Source: Gemmatimonadales bacterium
GTDB taxonomy: Bacteria; Gemmatimonadota; Gemmatimonadetes; Gemmatimonadales; GWC2-71-9
Direction: 5' to 3'
NCBI GenBank assembly: GCA_025935995.1
Contig: JAICUF010000001.1
Span: 22,484-86,483 of the forward strand
Length of the DNA stretch: 64,000 bases
Shown: positions 44,813 through 53,515 of the stretch, in pieces
Layout of the letters: each line of letters opens with the position of its first letter
How positions within the stretch are numbered: position 1 is the stretch's first letter
Position numbers and translations under genes: made by a program
The notes under the pieces: generated by a model
What the model was told of the DNA's origin: nothing
Seen by the model: the letters and a program-made list of their open reading frames with translations, nothing else
Databases searched by the model: none

Positions 44813-45712
44813 CTAGACCGCCTCGAAAACGATGCGGTAGTGGTCGAGGAGCTCGCGCTCGAAGGCGAGACCGTTGGCGCTGACGCCCGAGGCGAAGGCC
44901 GTCCGGAAGTCCGCGCTGCTGAGGAACCGCGGCAGCAGGGCGGCCTTCGCGGCGAGCTTGCGCCAGCCGAAGCGCGCAAACCGGAGTCGCCACTGCCGGA
45001 TCGTCTCGATGTAGTCGAGCCGCCCGCTGCTGCTGGAGACGACGCGGAAGAAGGGGGCGGCGGTCCGCACCAGCTGGTCGTGGCCCGACGGGAGCCACGA
45101 GCCGGGAAACTGCGCCCGGAGGAGGGCGAGTACGTGGGCGTTGGAGCCCCGCGGCGCATCGAGCCGGATCTCCCCGGGCGCGATCATGTGCCGGCCGAAG
45201 ACCATCGTCTGGAGGTAGAACCGCTCGCCCGGCCGCAGCGTCGTCCGCACGTTGCCGAAGAGTCGGCCGTAGACCTGGTCCTGGCGGCCCGCGGCAAAGT
45301 CGTCTTCCGAGCAGAAGTGCTCGAACGCCCCCAGGCTCGCGACGGCGTCGAAGGGCCCGAACGTCTCGCGCGTGACGGCCCGCGCGTCGGCGACGTGGAC
45401 GTCGAGCCCGTTTCGCCGGCAGGCCGCGGCCTGACCCCGCGACAGCGTGACTCCCACGCCCTCCGCCCCGAGCTCCCGCACGCGGCTCAGCAGGGGGCCC
45501 CAGCCGCAGCCCAGGTCCAGCACGCGAGAGCCCCGGCGAATGCCGAGGCTCTCGATGATGAAATCGTGCTTGCGGCGCTGGGCCGCTTCGAGCGACAGCG
45601 AAAAGTCGCCGTCGTACCTCGCGCCGCTGAAGTCCGCCATCTCGCCGAGACTCAGGCGGAACAACCGGTCGATCAGCGTGTACGTGAAGTCGAGGTCGCG
45701 CGCCGTGGCCAT
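44813..45712 (-). CDS. Cyclopropane-fatty-acyl-phospholipid synthase family SAM-dependent methyltransferase
   Basis: 299 aa: YDGDFSLSLEAAQRRKHDFIIESLGIRRGSRVLDLGCGWGPLL...GVTLS..Q......SLGAFEHF........YIETIRQWR.RF. This is a CMAS-family pattern. Confidence 0.78.
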   Translation of the reverse strand: MATARDLDFTYTLIDRLFRLSLGEMADFSGARYDGDFSLSLEAAQRRKHDFIIESLGIRRGSRVLDLGCGWGPLLSRVRELGAEGVGVTLSRGQAAACRRNGLDVHVADARAVTRETFGPFDAVASLGAFEHFCSEDDFAAGRQDQVYGRLFGNVRTTLRPGERFYLQTMVFGRHMIAPGEIRLDAPRGSNAHVLALLRAQFPGSWLPSGHDQLVRTAAPFFRVVSSSSGRLDYIETIRQWRLRFARFGWRKLAAKAALLPRFLSSADFRTAFASGVSANGLAFERELLDHYRIVFEAV

Positions 45713-45755
45713 TTCGCAAGAATCGCGGGGCCGCGGCGCAATCGCAACCCGGCCC

Positions 45756-46403
45756 TCATCCCCTCCGGAACAGCTCCGCCCGCCCCGTCGTCTGAGAGTA
45801 GGAGGGGTTGAGCACCTTGTACCATGTGGTCGCGCGGTCGTACGTGTCGGCCTTCCGCTTGGCCACGATGCCCTCCAGATCCAGCTTCTCCGTCGCCTTG
45901 AAGAGCGCGACGCCGTCGCGGTCGATGGTGAGCACCTTCATGACGTGCGCGGTATTGGCCGGCACGGCGAGGTCGAGGAACTGCTTCCGCCGCTCGAGCG
46001 GCAGCCCGCGGAGATCCTGCCCGTCCAGCCAGAGCACGTCGAAGACGGCGTAGGCGACGGTGCTGGTCCGGCGCATGAGCTCCCGGAAGCTGGGACGGCC
46101 GTTCCGGTCGAGCGCGACCACTTCGCCGTCGAGGATGGCGTCGCGCACGTCGAGCTGCTCGCGGAGAATCATGCGCAGCTCGTCGAACCGGTCGAACTCG
46201 CTATCGCGTCGGGAGCGGAGGGTGCAGCCATCACGCGTCAGGTAGGCGAGACCGCGGAAGCCGTCGTACTTGGGCTCGAAGAGCCAGGCGGGATCGTCGA
46301 ACGCGTCGGGCCGGCGCACCGGCGCGATCGGATCGACGTGGGGCAGCTCGACCGCGGGCCGGCGCGCTCGCCGCCGGAGCACGCGGTGGATACGTGGGGA
46401 CAT
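45756..46403 (-). CDS. ATP-dependent DNA ligase, nucleotidyltransferase (adenylation) domain only, with no OB-fold domain
   Basis: 215 aa from ATG 46401-46403, with a strong SD GAGGAG upstream. Motif I WLFEPKYDGFRG, motif III ILDGEVVAL, motif IIIa YAVFDVLWLDG, motif IV LEGIVAKR, motif V TWYKVLN. The protein ends about 15 aa after motif V. Confidence 0.7.
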   Translation of the reverse strand: MSPRIHRVLRRRARRPAVELPHVDPIAPVRRPDAFDDPAWLFEPKYDGFRGLAYLTRDGCTLRSRRDSEFDRFDELRMILREQLDVRDAILDGEVVALDRNGRPSFRELMRRTSTVAYAVFDVLWLDGQDLRGLPLERRKQFLDLAVPANTAHVMKVLTIDRDGVALFKATEKLDLEGIVAKRKADTYDRATTWYKVLNPSYSQTTGRAELFRRG

Positions 46404-46559
46404 GCGGACTCCTCGACCACGGTGATGGCCTGGAGCCCTCCCCACGAGGAGGGCGGGTGCACTCTCCTCGGGAGTATGCGGGCGGACGACGGGTTTGTCT
46501 AGCGCGACCCGGCAGGGACCGGATGCGACGGGAGCGCGGCGTACCGGACTGCGGCGGAG

Positions 46560-46633
46560 TGGCCCCTGTGGGATTCGAACCCACGACCTGACGATTATGA
46601 GTCGTTTGCTCTAACCGACTGAGCTAAGGGGCC
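46560..46633 (-). tRNA. tRNA with CAT anticodon; elongator type, probably tRNA-Ile2 (lysidine-modified) rather than tRNA-Met
   Basis: Reverse complement folds as GGCCCCT TA GCTC AGTCGGTTA GAGC A AACGA CTCATAA TCGTC AGGTC GTGGG TTCGAAT CCCAC AGGGGCC A. It is not an initiator, because there is no GGG/CCC anticodon stem. The acceptor stem GGCCCCT and the D-arm closely match E. coli ileX as I recall it. Confidence 0.88.
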
Positions 46634-46653
46634 CGTTGCGCCAATATATCCGG

Positions 46654-47799
46654 TCACGCGGCGTGTCGCCCCGGCCCGCCGGCGAGTGCCGCGACGCGGT
46701 CGGCGATCTCGAGGGCGCTCGTGAGCCCGGGCGATTCGATGCCGATCAGGTTCACCCACCCGGGGAGGCCGCGCGCCGACTCCTCCGCGATCACGAAATC
46801 CGGCGACACCGCGGGATCGGGGAGAATGCGGCGAGCGCGGATGCCCGCCAGATCCGGATGAAGTTCCTCCGCGGCGACCGAGGGGAGGTACCGGCGGGCA
46901 CCCTCGACGAACCGCTCGGTGCGGCCGGGATCCACCGAGTAGTCGAGGCGCCGATCGGGCAGAAACTCGACGTCCGGGCCAAGCCGGATCCCGCCGGAGA
47001 GATCGATCGTCACATGCGTGCCGAGGCCCGCGAGACCGGCGTGCGGCACCGGGTAGACCAGATGGCGAATACGGCCACGCCACGAATCCGCCAGGCGCAA
47101 ATAGCTTCCCTTCACATAGCGGAGCCGATAGCCGAGCGCATCGATGTCGAGCCCCATCCCGCCGGCCACCTGATCGGCGGCGAGCCCGGCGGCATTGACC
47201 ACGACGCCGGCTTGCACCTCGCCATCCGCTCCGGCCGGATCGCGGAACCGGACGCGATAGCCCCGAGGCGTGGGCTCCGCGGCCAGGTATTCATGCCCCC
47301 ACGCGAGCACGGCATCATCATCGGCCGCGGCATCGGCGAGACTCCGCATGAATCCGTGCGAATCGACGATGCCGGTGTCGGGCGAATAGAGCGCGCCCAC
47401 GGCGCGCACGAGCGGCTCGGCCTCCCGCAGCTCGTCGAGCGTCGCGCGGCGCAGGGCGGTCACGCCGTTCGCGTGGCCGCGGCGGTGGATGTCGTCCAGC
47501 ACCGCATCCTCATCGGCCGACACCGCGACGATGAATTTGCCGAGCCGCCGCGCTTCGACGCCGTTCGCGGCACACCACGCGTAGAGACTCCGGTTCCCGG
47601 CGACCGAGAACGTGGCCTTGAGCGAGCCGGTCGGGTAGTAGATCCCGGCGTGCACCACCTCGCTGTTCCGGCTGCTGGCCTCGCGACCGAAGGACGGATG
47701 CCGCTCCAGCAGCACGACGGACCGGCCGCCCCGGGCAAGCCGCATCGCCACGGCGAGGCCGACGACCCCACCCCCCACGACGACGGCGTCGCTCCGCAT
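46654..47799 (-). CDS. FAD-dependent oxidoreductase (DAO family; L-2-hydroxyglutarate/glycerol-3-phosphate oxidase-like)
   Basis: 381 aa: DAVVVGGGVVGLAVAMRLARGGRSVVLLER (GxGxxG)...SSRNSEVVHAGIYY...NLIGIESPGLTSAL. Confidence 0.75.
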   Translation of the reverse strand: MRSDAVVVGGGVVGLAVAMRLARGGRSVVLLERHPSFGREASSRNSEVVHAGIYYPTGSLKATFSVAGNRSLYAWCAANGVEARRLGKFIVAVSADEDAVLDDIHRRGHANGVTALRRATLDELREAEPLVRAVGALYSPDTGIVDSHGFMRSLADAAADDDAVLAWGHEYLAAEPTPRGYRVRFRDPAGADGEVQAGVVVNAAGLAADQVAGGMGLDIDALGYRLRYVKGSYLRLADSWRGRIRHLVYPVPHAGLAGLGTHVTIDLSGGIRLGPDVEFLPDRRLDYSVDPGRTERFVEGARRYLPSVAAEELHPDLAGIRARRILPDPAVSPDFVIAEESARGLPGWVNLIGIESPGLTSALEIADRVAALAGGPGRHAA

Positions 47800-47800
47800 G

Positions 47801-49666
47801 CTACATGAACTTCCGGAGCCACACCTCGAAGCAGAGGAGCGACCAGATGAGGAGCCGGTGGTTCCGGCGCGCGGCGGTGTGCTCGTCGATCACGCCCGCG
47901 ACGAACGCGGGATCGAGGAAGGCGCGGTACCGCGCCTGGGGGCTCGAGAGGAGCCGGCGAATGTAGTCGAGGCTTTCGCCGCGGTACCACGAATCGTACG
48001 GGCCGCTGAAGCCCTGCTTCCGCCGCTCGGCGATCTCCCGCGGAATCAGTCGTCCCATCGCCTTCCGGAGCACCGTCTTCCCCTCGGAGGACTCCCGCCA
48101 GCGCTGCCGCTTCACGATGTCGTCCTCGTCGATCGCCCCCTGCATGAGCGACCCCTCGACCTTGTAGCGGACCGGCACGCGCATGGCGAACTCGACCAGC
48201 CGGTCATCGAGAAAGGGGACGCGGCTCTCGAGCCCGTGGGCCATGCTCACCTTGTCCTCCACCACGAGGAGGCCGTGCAGGAAGGTCTTCGCCTCGAAGT
48301 AGAGGGAATGATTGATGTAGTCCTCGCTCGATGCGAGGGCGATCGGGTGGCGGTCGAAGACGCTCCGGAAGACGTCGAACGTCGAATGCCCCGAGAGGCG
48401 CCGCGCCACGTCGGGGCGGAAGAGCCGGGCCTTGTCCTCGTCGGCCACGAGGCGCTGCCAGAAGGCGTAGTAGTTCCGGAAGTATTCGTCGGCGGAGCGG
48501 CTGCCGGCCACCTGGTAGTAGCGCCAGGGATAGCCGCCGAAGAGCTCGTCGCCGCCGGCGCCGGACAGGACGACCTTCACGAAGCGGCTCGCGAGCCGCG
48601 CCACGTAGTAGTTGGGATACGACTGGCCGACTCTGAGATCCTCGAGGTGCCAGATCAGGTCGCCCATCACCTGCTCCATGTCGCCGGCGTGGAGCACGAC
48701 CTCGTAGTGCTCCGTCTTGAAGCGGTGCGCCATCATCTCCGCCGGCAGCCGCTCGTCGAAGCCGAGCTCGATGCCGGATGCGGAGGTGAGATCGAACCCG
48801 GCGGTGAAGGAGTGGATGCGGCCCAGGTGACTCGACGCGATCGCGGTGAGCGAGCCCGAATCCATCCCGCCGCTCAGGTAGCTCCCGACCGGCACGTCGC
48901 TCACCAGCTGGCGGACGGCCGCACCGCTGAAGCAGCGGAACAGCTCGTCCACGCATTCCTCTTCGGTGATCGCCAGCGGGTCCGAGCCGAACCGGTAGTC
49001 CCAGTATGGCACCGGCGCGCCCACCCGGCCGTTCTCGACCGTCAGCGTATGCCCGGGCTGGAGGAGCCGTACCCCCTCGAAGAGGGTCTCGTCGGTGAAG
49101 ATGTTCTGAAAGGTGAAGTACTGATGCAGCGCCGGCAGCGACACGTCGCGACGGAAGCCCGGCACGGTGAGGAGCGCCTTGATCTCCGACGCGAAGGCGA
49201 AGCGCGTGCCGTCGGTCCAGTAGTAGAGGGGCTTGATGCCGTAGCGGTCGCGCGCGAGGACGAGGCGCCGCGCCGCCGGCTCCCACACGGCGAAGGCGAA
49301 CATGCCGTTGAGCCGGTCGAGCGATGCGGGCCCCCACTCGCGCCAGGCCTCGAGGAGCACTTCGGTGTCGCAGGTGGAGCGGAAGCGGTGGCCGCGCGCG
49401 AGGAGATCGGCCCGGAGCTCCTGGTAGTTGTAGATCTCGCCGTTGTAGACGAGCGCCGCGCCGCCGTCGGGCGCGAGCATGGGCTGGTGGCCGCCGGAGG
49501 AGAGATCGATGATCGCGAGCCGGCGGTGGCCCAGGCCGGCCGAGCCGTCGGTCCAGTGACCTTCGCCGTCGGGGCCGCGATGCGCGATCGCGTCGGTCAT
49601 CCGCTTCAGGGTCTCGCGGGCGACCGGCTCGCCGCGCAGGTGGATCACGCCCGCGAGGCCGCACAT
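47801..49666 (-). CDS. asnB: Asparagine synthase (glutamine-hydrolysing) family amidotransferase, paralog 1
   Basis: ORF trimmed to ATG 49664-49666. Sequence MCGLAGVIHL... (Ntn Cys2)...GHRRLAIIDLSSGGHQPM...VYNGEIYNYQELR...DTEVLL...LNGMFAFAVW...SGGMDSGSL (PP-loop). Confidence 0.9.
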   Translation of the reverse strand: MCGLAGVIHLRGEPVARETLKRMTDAIAHRGPDGEGHWTDGSAGLGHRRLAIIDLSSGGHQPMLAPDGGAALVYNGEIYNYQELRADLLARGHRFRSTCDTEVLLEAWREWGPASLDRLNGMFAFAVWEPAARRLVLARDRYGIKPLYYWTDGTRFAFASEIKALLTVPGFRRDVSLPALHQYFTFQNIFTDETLFEGVRLLQPGHTLTVENGRVGAPVPYWDYRFGSDPLAITEEECVDELFRCFSGAAVRQLVSDVPVGSYLSGGMDSGSLTAIASSHLGRIHSFTAGFDLTSASGIELGFDERLPAEMMAHRFKTEHYEVVLHAGDMEQVMGDLIWHLEDLRVGQSYPNYYVARLASRFVKVVLSGAGGDELFGGYPWRYYQVAGSRSADEYFRNYYAFWQRLVADEDKARLFRPDVARRLSGHSTFDVFRSVFDRHPIALASSEDYINHSLYFEAKTFLHGLLVVEDKVSMAHGLESRVPFLDDRLVEFAMRVPVRYKVEGSLMQGAIDEDDIVKRQRWRESSEGKTVLRKAMGRLIPREIAERRKQGFSGPYDSWYRGESLDYIRRLLSSPQARYRAFLDPAFVAGVIDEHTAARRNHRLLIWSLLCFEVWLRKFM

Positions 49667-50670
49667 CAGCCGGTGCGGGCCTCGGCGGCGCGGATGCGCG
49701 ACGCCACCGCCTCCTTGTGCCCCTCGCGCCAGGCGATGAGCCGGCGAAGGCCTTCTTCCACGGGCGTCCGCGCCCGGAACCCGAGATCGCGCGCCGCCGC
49801 CTCGGTGAACCCCACGCGGCGCGTCACGAAGGTCTGGCCGGCGGGCTCGTAGCGGATCCCCAGGTGCTCGCTGCCCGTGAGCCGGAGCAGCATCTCGCAG
49901 ATTTCCCGGATCGTGGTCTCGACGCCGGCGCCGACGTTGTAGCACCGGTCGGTGGCGTCGGAGCCTGCGGCCAGCACGTTGCAGTCGGCCGCGTCCTCGA
50001 CGTAGATGAAGTCGTACGACTGCGTGCCGTCGCCGTAGACGATGGGCGGCTCGCCCCGGTCGATCCGATCGAGGATCTTCATCACGACGGCGACGTACGC
50101 GCCCATGTAGTCCTGCCGCGGCCCGTAGATGTTCATGTAGCGGAGGCCGACGTAGTCGAGGCCGTAGCGGTGGTGGTAGGCACGCGCCATGTGCTCGCCG
50201 GCGATCTTGGTGGCGCCGTAGAACGTGCGGTTGTTGTACGGGTGGTCCTCCGTCATCGGCACTTCGAGCGCGTCCCCGTAGACCGAGGCGGAGGACGAGT
50301 ACACGAGCTTCCGCACGCCCCGGAGCCGGCAGGCCTCGAGCACGTTGAAGGTGCCGCGGATGTTCACCTCGAAGGCCGACTGCGGATACTCGTGGCAGTG
50401 GAGCAGCCAGAGCGCCGCGAGGTGGAACACGACGTCGGTCTTCTCCAGCGCCTTCTGGAGGATGTCGGTGTGCAGGATATCGCCGCCCAGCTCGAAGACC
50501 CGCACGCGCGGGTCCTGGAGCGCGGCGTCGAGGTTGCCGATCGTCCCCCGCGTGAAGTTGTCGTAGACGACGATCTCGGCGACGTCCTCCCGGGTCAGCC
50601 GGTCCACGACGTGCGACCCGATGAGGCCCGCCCCGCCCACCACCACCACCCGCGCGCCACGCAGATCCAT
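49666..50670 (-). CDS. NAD-dependent sugar-nucleotide epimerase/dehydratase (extended SDR)
   Basis: 334 aa: VVVVGGAGLIGSH...VFHLAA...SSSASVYG...YGATKIAGE (YxxxK)...RYMNIYGPRQ. Confidence 0.85.
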   Translation of the reverse strand: MDLRGARVVVVGGAGLIGSHVVDRLTREDVAEIVVYDNFTRGTIGNLDAALQDPRVRVFELGGDILHTDILQKALEKTDVVFHLAALWLLHCHEYPQSAFEVNIRGTFNVLEACRLRGVRKLVYSSSASVYGDALEVPMTEDHPYNNRTFYGATKIAGEHMARAYHHRYGLDYVGLRYMNIYGPRQDYMGAYVAVVMKILDRIDRGEPPIVYGDGTQSYDFIYVEDAADCNVLAAGSDATDRCYNVGAGVETTIREICEMLLRLTGSEHLGIRYEPAGQTFVTRRVGFTEAAARDLGFRARTPVEEGLRRLIAWREGHKEAVASRIRAAEARTG

Positions 50671-50686
50671 GTGTCTCCCCGGTCGG

Positions 50687-51739
50687 TTAATGGCTGGGCT
50701 TCCGGCACCGGTACGAGAGCCCGGCGTCGCCCACGTCCTCGTGCAGCGTCTCCAGTCCCGCCGCGGCGATCCACTCGCGGATCTCGCCGGGGCGGTACCG
50801 ATAGGCGGTGACGGGACGGTACCAGTCGTAGTTCGTCATCACGTTCGTTTCCCAGTCCCAGTCGGCGTTGTAGAAGCACTTGAAGACGTTCCAGTAGAGC
50901 CAGCGCTGCACATCGAAGCGCCCCGCCGCGATGCCGAGCTCGGGAATGGCGACCGGGACATCCATCGTGAGCCCCTGCTCCGTCAGCGCCTGCCCGAAGC
51001 GGGTGAGCGCCTCGGAGAGGCGGAGCGCCTCGGGCTCCGACATCCGCGTCGCGAGCGACCGCAGATGATCGTCGGCGAACTCCCGGATCGGTCCCTTCAC
51101 CTTGTACACGTAGAACGCGAGCACGCCGCCGGGCCGCACCCGCGAGACGAGATGCTCGAAGCTCGCGCGGGGATCGAAGGTGTGGTGCAGCACCTGGTCG
51201 CAGGCGACGTAGTCGAAGAACTCGGGCGGGAACGGCAGGTTGGCGAGGTCGGCCTGCGCGAGGAGAAGTCGGGCGTGCGGCCCGACGTTCCGGGCCGCCG
51301 CGTCGACGGCGGTCGAGATGTCCACGCCGGCCACGAGGCCCGGCGCGTGGGCGAGATACCACGCCACGTCCCGGCCGACGCCGCAACCGGCGTCGAGCAC
51401 GCGCTGCTGGTCGCCCAGAAAGGCCGCGAATTCCGCCTCGTCGCGCCAGCCGTAGCGCTGGAGATACCAGCGGTGGTGGAAGTCACGGGTGGCGGCGTCG
51501 TGGCCGAAGGTGTCCACCCGGGCCCACTTGGTGGAGAAGGTGTCGCCGGTCGCGGCCTGCTCCGCGGGAAGCGCGCCGTCCCCGACGAATCGGGCGACGC
51601 CCTCCTCCACCGGATAGGACCGCCCACTCTCCGATTCGAGGCGGAGCGGCGGCCCGGGCACGACGCGCAGCGGCGTTCCGGTCCCCGGTTCGACCAGCTG
51701 TTCGAGCAGCCCGACCGCCTCCGGCGCCTCAGCGCGCAT
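50687..51739 (-). CDS. Class I SAM-dependent methyltransferase with a Trm112-like N-terminal segment and a Trp-rich C-terminal extension
   Basis: 350 aa. SAM motif I is VLDAGCGVGRD. Also ...FDYVACDQVLHH...RPGGVLAFYVY. The N-terminus is LLEQLVEPGTGTPL....SYPVEEGVARFV. The C-terminus is WLYWNVFKCFYNADWDWETNVMTNYDWYRP. It ends in TAA, a stop I saw only rarely among the called CDS. Confidence 0.75.
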   Translation of the reverse strand: MRAEAPEAVGLLEQLVEPGTGTPLRVVPGPPLRLESESGRSYPVEEGVARFVGDGALPAEQAATGDTFSTKWARVDTFGHDAATRDFHHRWYLQRYGWRDEAEFAAFLGDQQRVLDAGCGVGRDVAWYLAHAPGLVAGVDISTAVDAAARNVGPHARLLLAQADLANLPFPPEFFDYVACDQVLHHTFDPRASFEHLVSRVRPGGVLAFYVYKVKGPIREFADDHLRSLATRMSEPEALRLSEALTRFGQALTEQGLTMDVPVAIPELGIAAGRFDVQRWLYWNVFKCFYNADWDWETNVMTNYDWYRPVTAYRYRPGEIREWIAAAGLETLHEDVGDAGLSYRCRKPSH

Positions 51740-52940
51740 CCGCCGTCCGGAATGCCTGCGTGAGGTGATGGATCAGGCGCTCGACGACGCGGTCCTGCTC
51801 CTCGTCGGTCATGCCGGCATAGAGGGGGAGCGTGAGGGAGAGCTGGTCTCCGGCCCACGCCCCCGGGAGGTCCATCGGCCGGTAGCCGAAGGTGCGTGCG
51901 TAATAGTCGAGGGCGTGCACGGCGTGCGTGCCCTGGCGGGTGGCGATCCGCTCCTCCTCGAGCGCGTGCATCACCTGGTTCCGGACCGCGTTCCCGCGGG
52001 CGATTTCGGCTTCGTCCAGTCCGTCGGTCTCGAGGCGGCACACGTACGACTGGTAGGAATGGCGGTGGCCTTCCGGCTCGATGGGTGGAATCAGGCCCGC
52101 GACGCCCGCCAGGAGCACGTCGTACCGCTTCGCGCGGGCGATGCGGTCGGCCAGAATGCCCGGGAGCTTGCCGAGCTGCGCCACGCCGACGGCGGCCTGC
52201 AGGTCGGTCATGCGGTAGTTGTAGCCGACCTTGTCGAAAACGGGCAGCAGCGCGGCGCCGCGGGCTCCGTGCCGCGCGTGGTCCGACTTCGAGGCGCCAT
52301 GATCGCGGAGCGAGCGTGCACGCCGCGCCTTGCCCGGGTCGGATGTGGTGTACATCCCGCCCTCGCCGGTGGTGATGGCCTTCCGCGGATGGAACGAGAA
52401 GGCGCCGCCGCCGCCGAAGGTGCCCACATGCCGCCCGCAGTACAGGGTGCCGAGGGCGCAGGCCGCGTCCTCCACCACCGCGAGCGACCGCCGCCGCGCG
52501 ACATCGAGGATCGAGCCCATCTCCGCGGCGAGCCCGAAGAGGTGGACCGGCATGACGGCGCGGGTCCGCGGCGTCCGCCGTCGCTCGACCTCCTCCGCCG
52601 TGATATTGAACGTGACGGGCGAGACGTCCGCCAGCACGGGCGTGGCGCCGCAGTAGATCACCGCGTTGGCCGAGGCGACCCAGGTGAACGCCGGCACGAT
52701 CACTTCGTCGCCCGGGCCGACTCCTTCGGCGAGGAGCGCGAGGTGCAGACCGGTGGTGCACGAGGTGCAGGCGACCGCCTCGGGCAGGCCGGTGAAGTGA
52801 CGGAACCCGTCCTCGAACGCCGCGACCTGCGGTCCCTGCACCACCCAGCCCGAGGCGAGCACCGCGGCGACGGCCTGTGCCTCGGCCTCATCGAAGATGG
52901 CGCGGGTGATCGGGATGGGCGGCGGCCGATGATCGGTCAT
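51729..52940 (-). CDS. DegT/DnrJ/EryC1/StrS family sugar aminotransferase (PLP-dependent)
   Basis: ORF trimmed to ATG 52938-52940. Sequence GPQVAAFEDGF...AVACTSCTTGLHLAL...DEVIVPAFTWVASANAV...PVHLFG...VVEDAACALG...AFSFHPRKAITTGEGGM (the PLP Lys)...NYRMTDLQAAVG. Confidence 0.9.
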   Translation of the reverse strand: MTDHRPPPIPITRAIFDEAEAQAVAAVLASGWVVQGPQVAAFEDGFRHFTGLPEAVACTSCTTGLHLALLAEGVGPGDEVIVPAFTWVASANAVIYCGATPVLADVSPVTFNITAEEVERRRTPRTRAVMPVHLFGLAAEMGSILDVARRRSLAVVEDAACALGTLYCGRHVGTFGGGGAFSFHPRKAITTGEGGMYTTSDPGKARRARSLRDHGASKSDHARHGARGAALLPVFDKVGYNYRMTDLQAAVGVAQLGKLPGILADRIARAKRYDVLLAGVAGLIPPIEPEGHRHSYQSYVCRLETDGLDEAEIARGNAVRNQVMHALEEERIATRQGTHAVHALDYYARTFGYRPMDLPGAWAGDQLSLTLPLYAGMTDEEQDRVVERLIHHLTQAFRTADAR

Positions 52941-53515
52941 GGTGCGTCCGCGTAGATGAGGGAGACGTCGGCGCCGCTCACTTCGACGCGACCGACCACC
53001 CGGCAGGGCGTGCCGTAGGCGATGGCGTAGTCGGGCAGGTCGCGGTTCACGAGCGAGTGGGCGCCGACGAGGCAATGCCGCCCGATGCTCACGCCGCTCG
53101 TCACGATGCTGCACGGGCCGAGGTAGCAGTGGTCGCCGATCACGACCGGGGCGCGGTCGTACGGCGCGCGGCCGCCCGACAACGCCCAGCGCACCGAATC
53201 GTGGGTGTAGATCTGCACACCGGCCGAGATGCTGCACGTCGCGCCGATCCGGAGGCCGCCGGAGCCGTCCAGCACGGTGCCCGGTCCGATCCAGGTTCCC
53301 TCGCCAACCTCGACATCGCCGAGCACGAGCGACTGGTCGTAGATGCTGCTGCCGGGGCCGAAGCCCAGGTCGCGCGCCCGCTCCCATCGGTCCACGACGT
53401 AATCGGCGAGCGGAAGCGACCGCTGCCACCGCTCGCGTACTTCGACCGAGCGCGCGGCGTGCAGGGCGCGCAACGCGGTGAGGAGGTCCTGCGGCGCGCC
53501 GCCGGCCGGCGTCAC
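52937..53515 (-). CDS. Left-handed beta-helix (hexapeptide-repeat) acetyltransferase
   Basis: 192 aa from GTG 53513-53515, a GTGA overlap with the wzx stop. Hexapeptide repeats are VGEGTWIGPGTVLDG..LRIGATCSISAGVQIY...VVIGDHCYLGPCSIVTSGVSIGRHCLVGAHSLV. Confidence 0.8.
   Translation of the reverse strand: MTPAGGAPQDLLTALRALHAARSVEVRERWQRSLPLADYVVDRWERARDLGFGPGSSIYDQSLVLGDVEVGEGTWIGPGTVLDGSGGLRIGATCSISAGVQIYTHDSVRWALSGGRAPYDRAPVVIGDHCYLGPCSIVTSGVSIGRHCLVGAHSLVNRDLPDYAIAYGTPCRVVGRVEVSGADVSLIYADAP

Noticed and set aside
44813-46633. A genomic island integrated at the 3' end of tRNA(CAT), comprising the ligase and the CFA-synthase-like methyltransferase.
   Set aside because: There is no integrase. 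I could not spot a direct repeat of the tRNA 3' end to the left, and I saw no obvious compositional shift by eye. A computed scan for an att-like repeat and for GC or codon-usage change would be needed to revive the idea.
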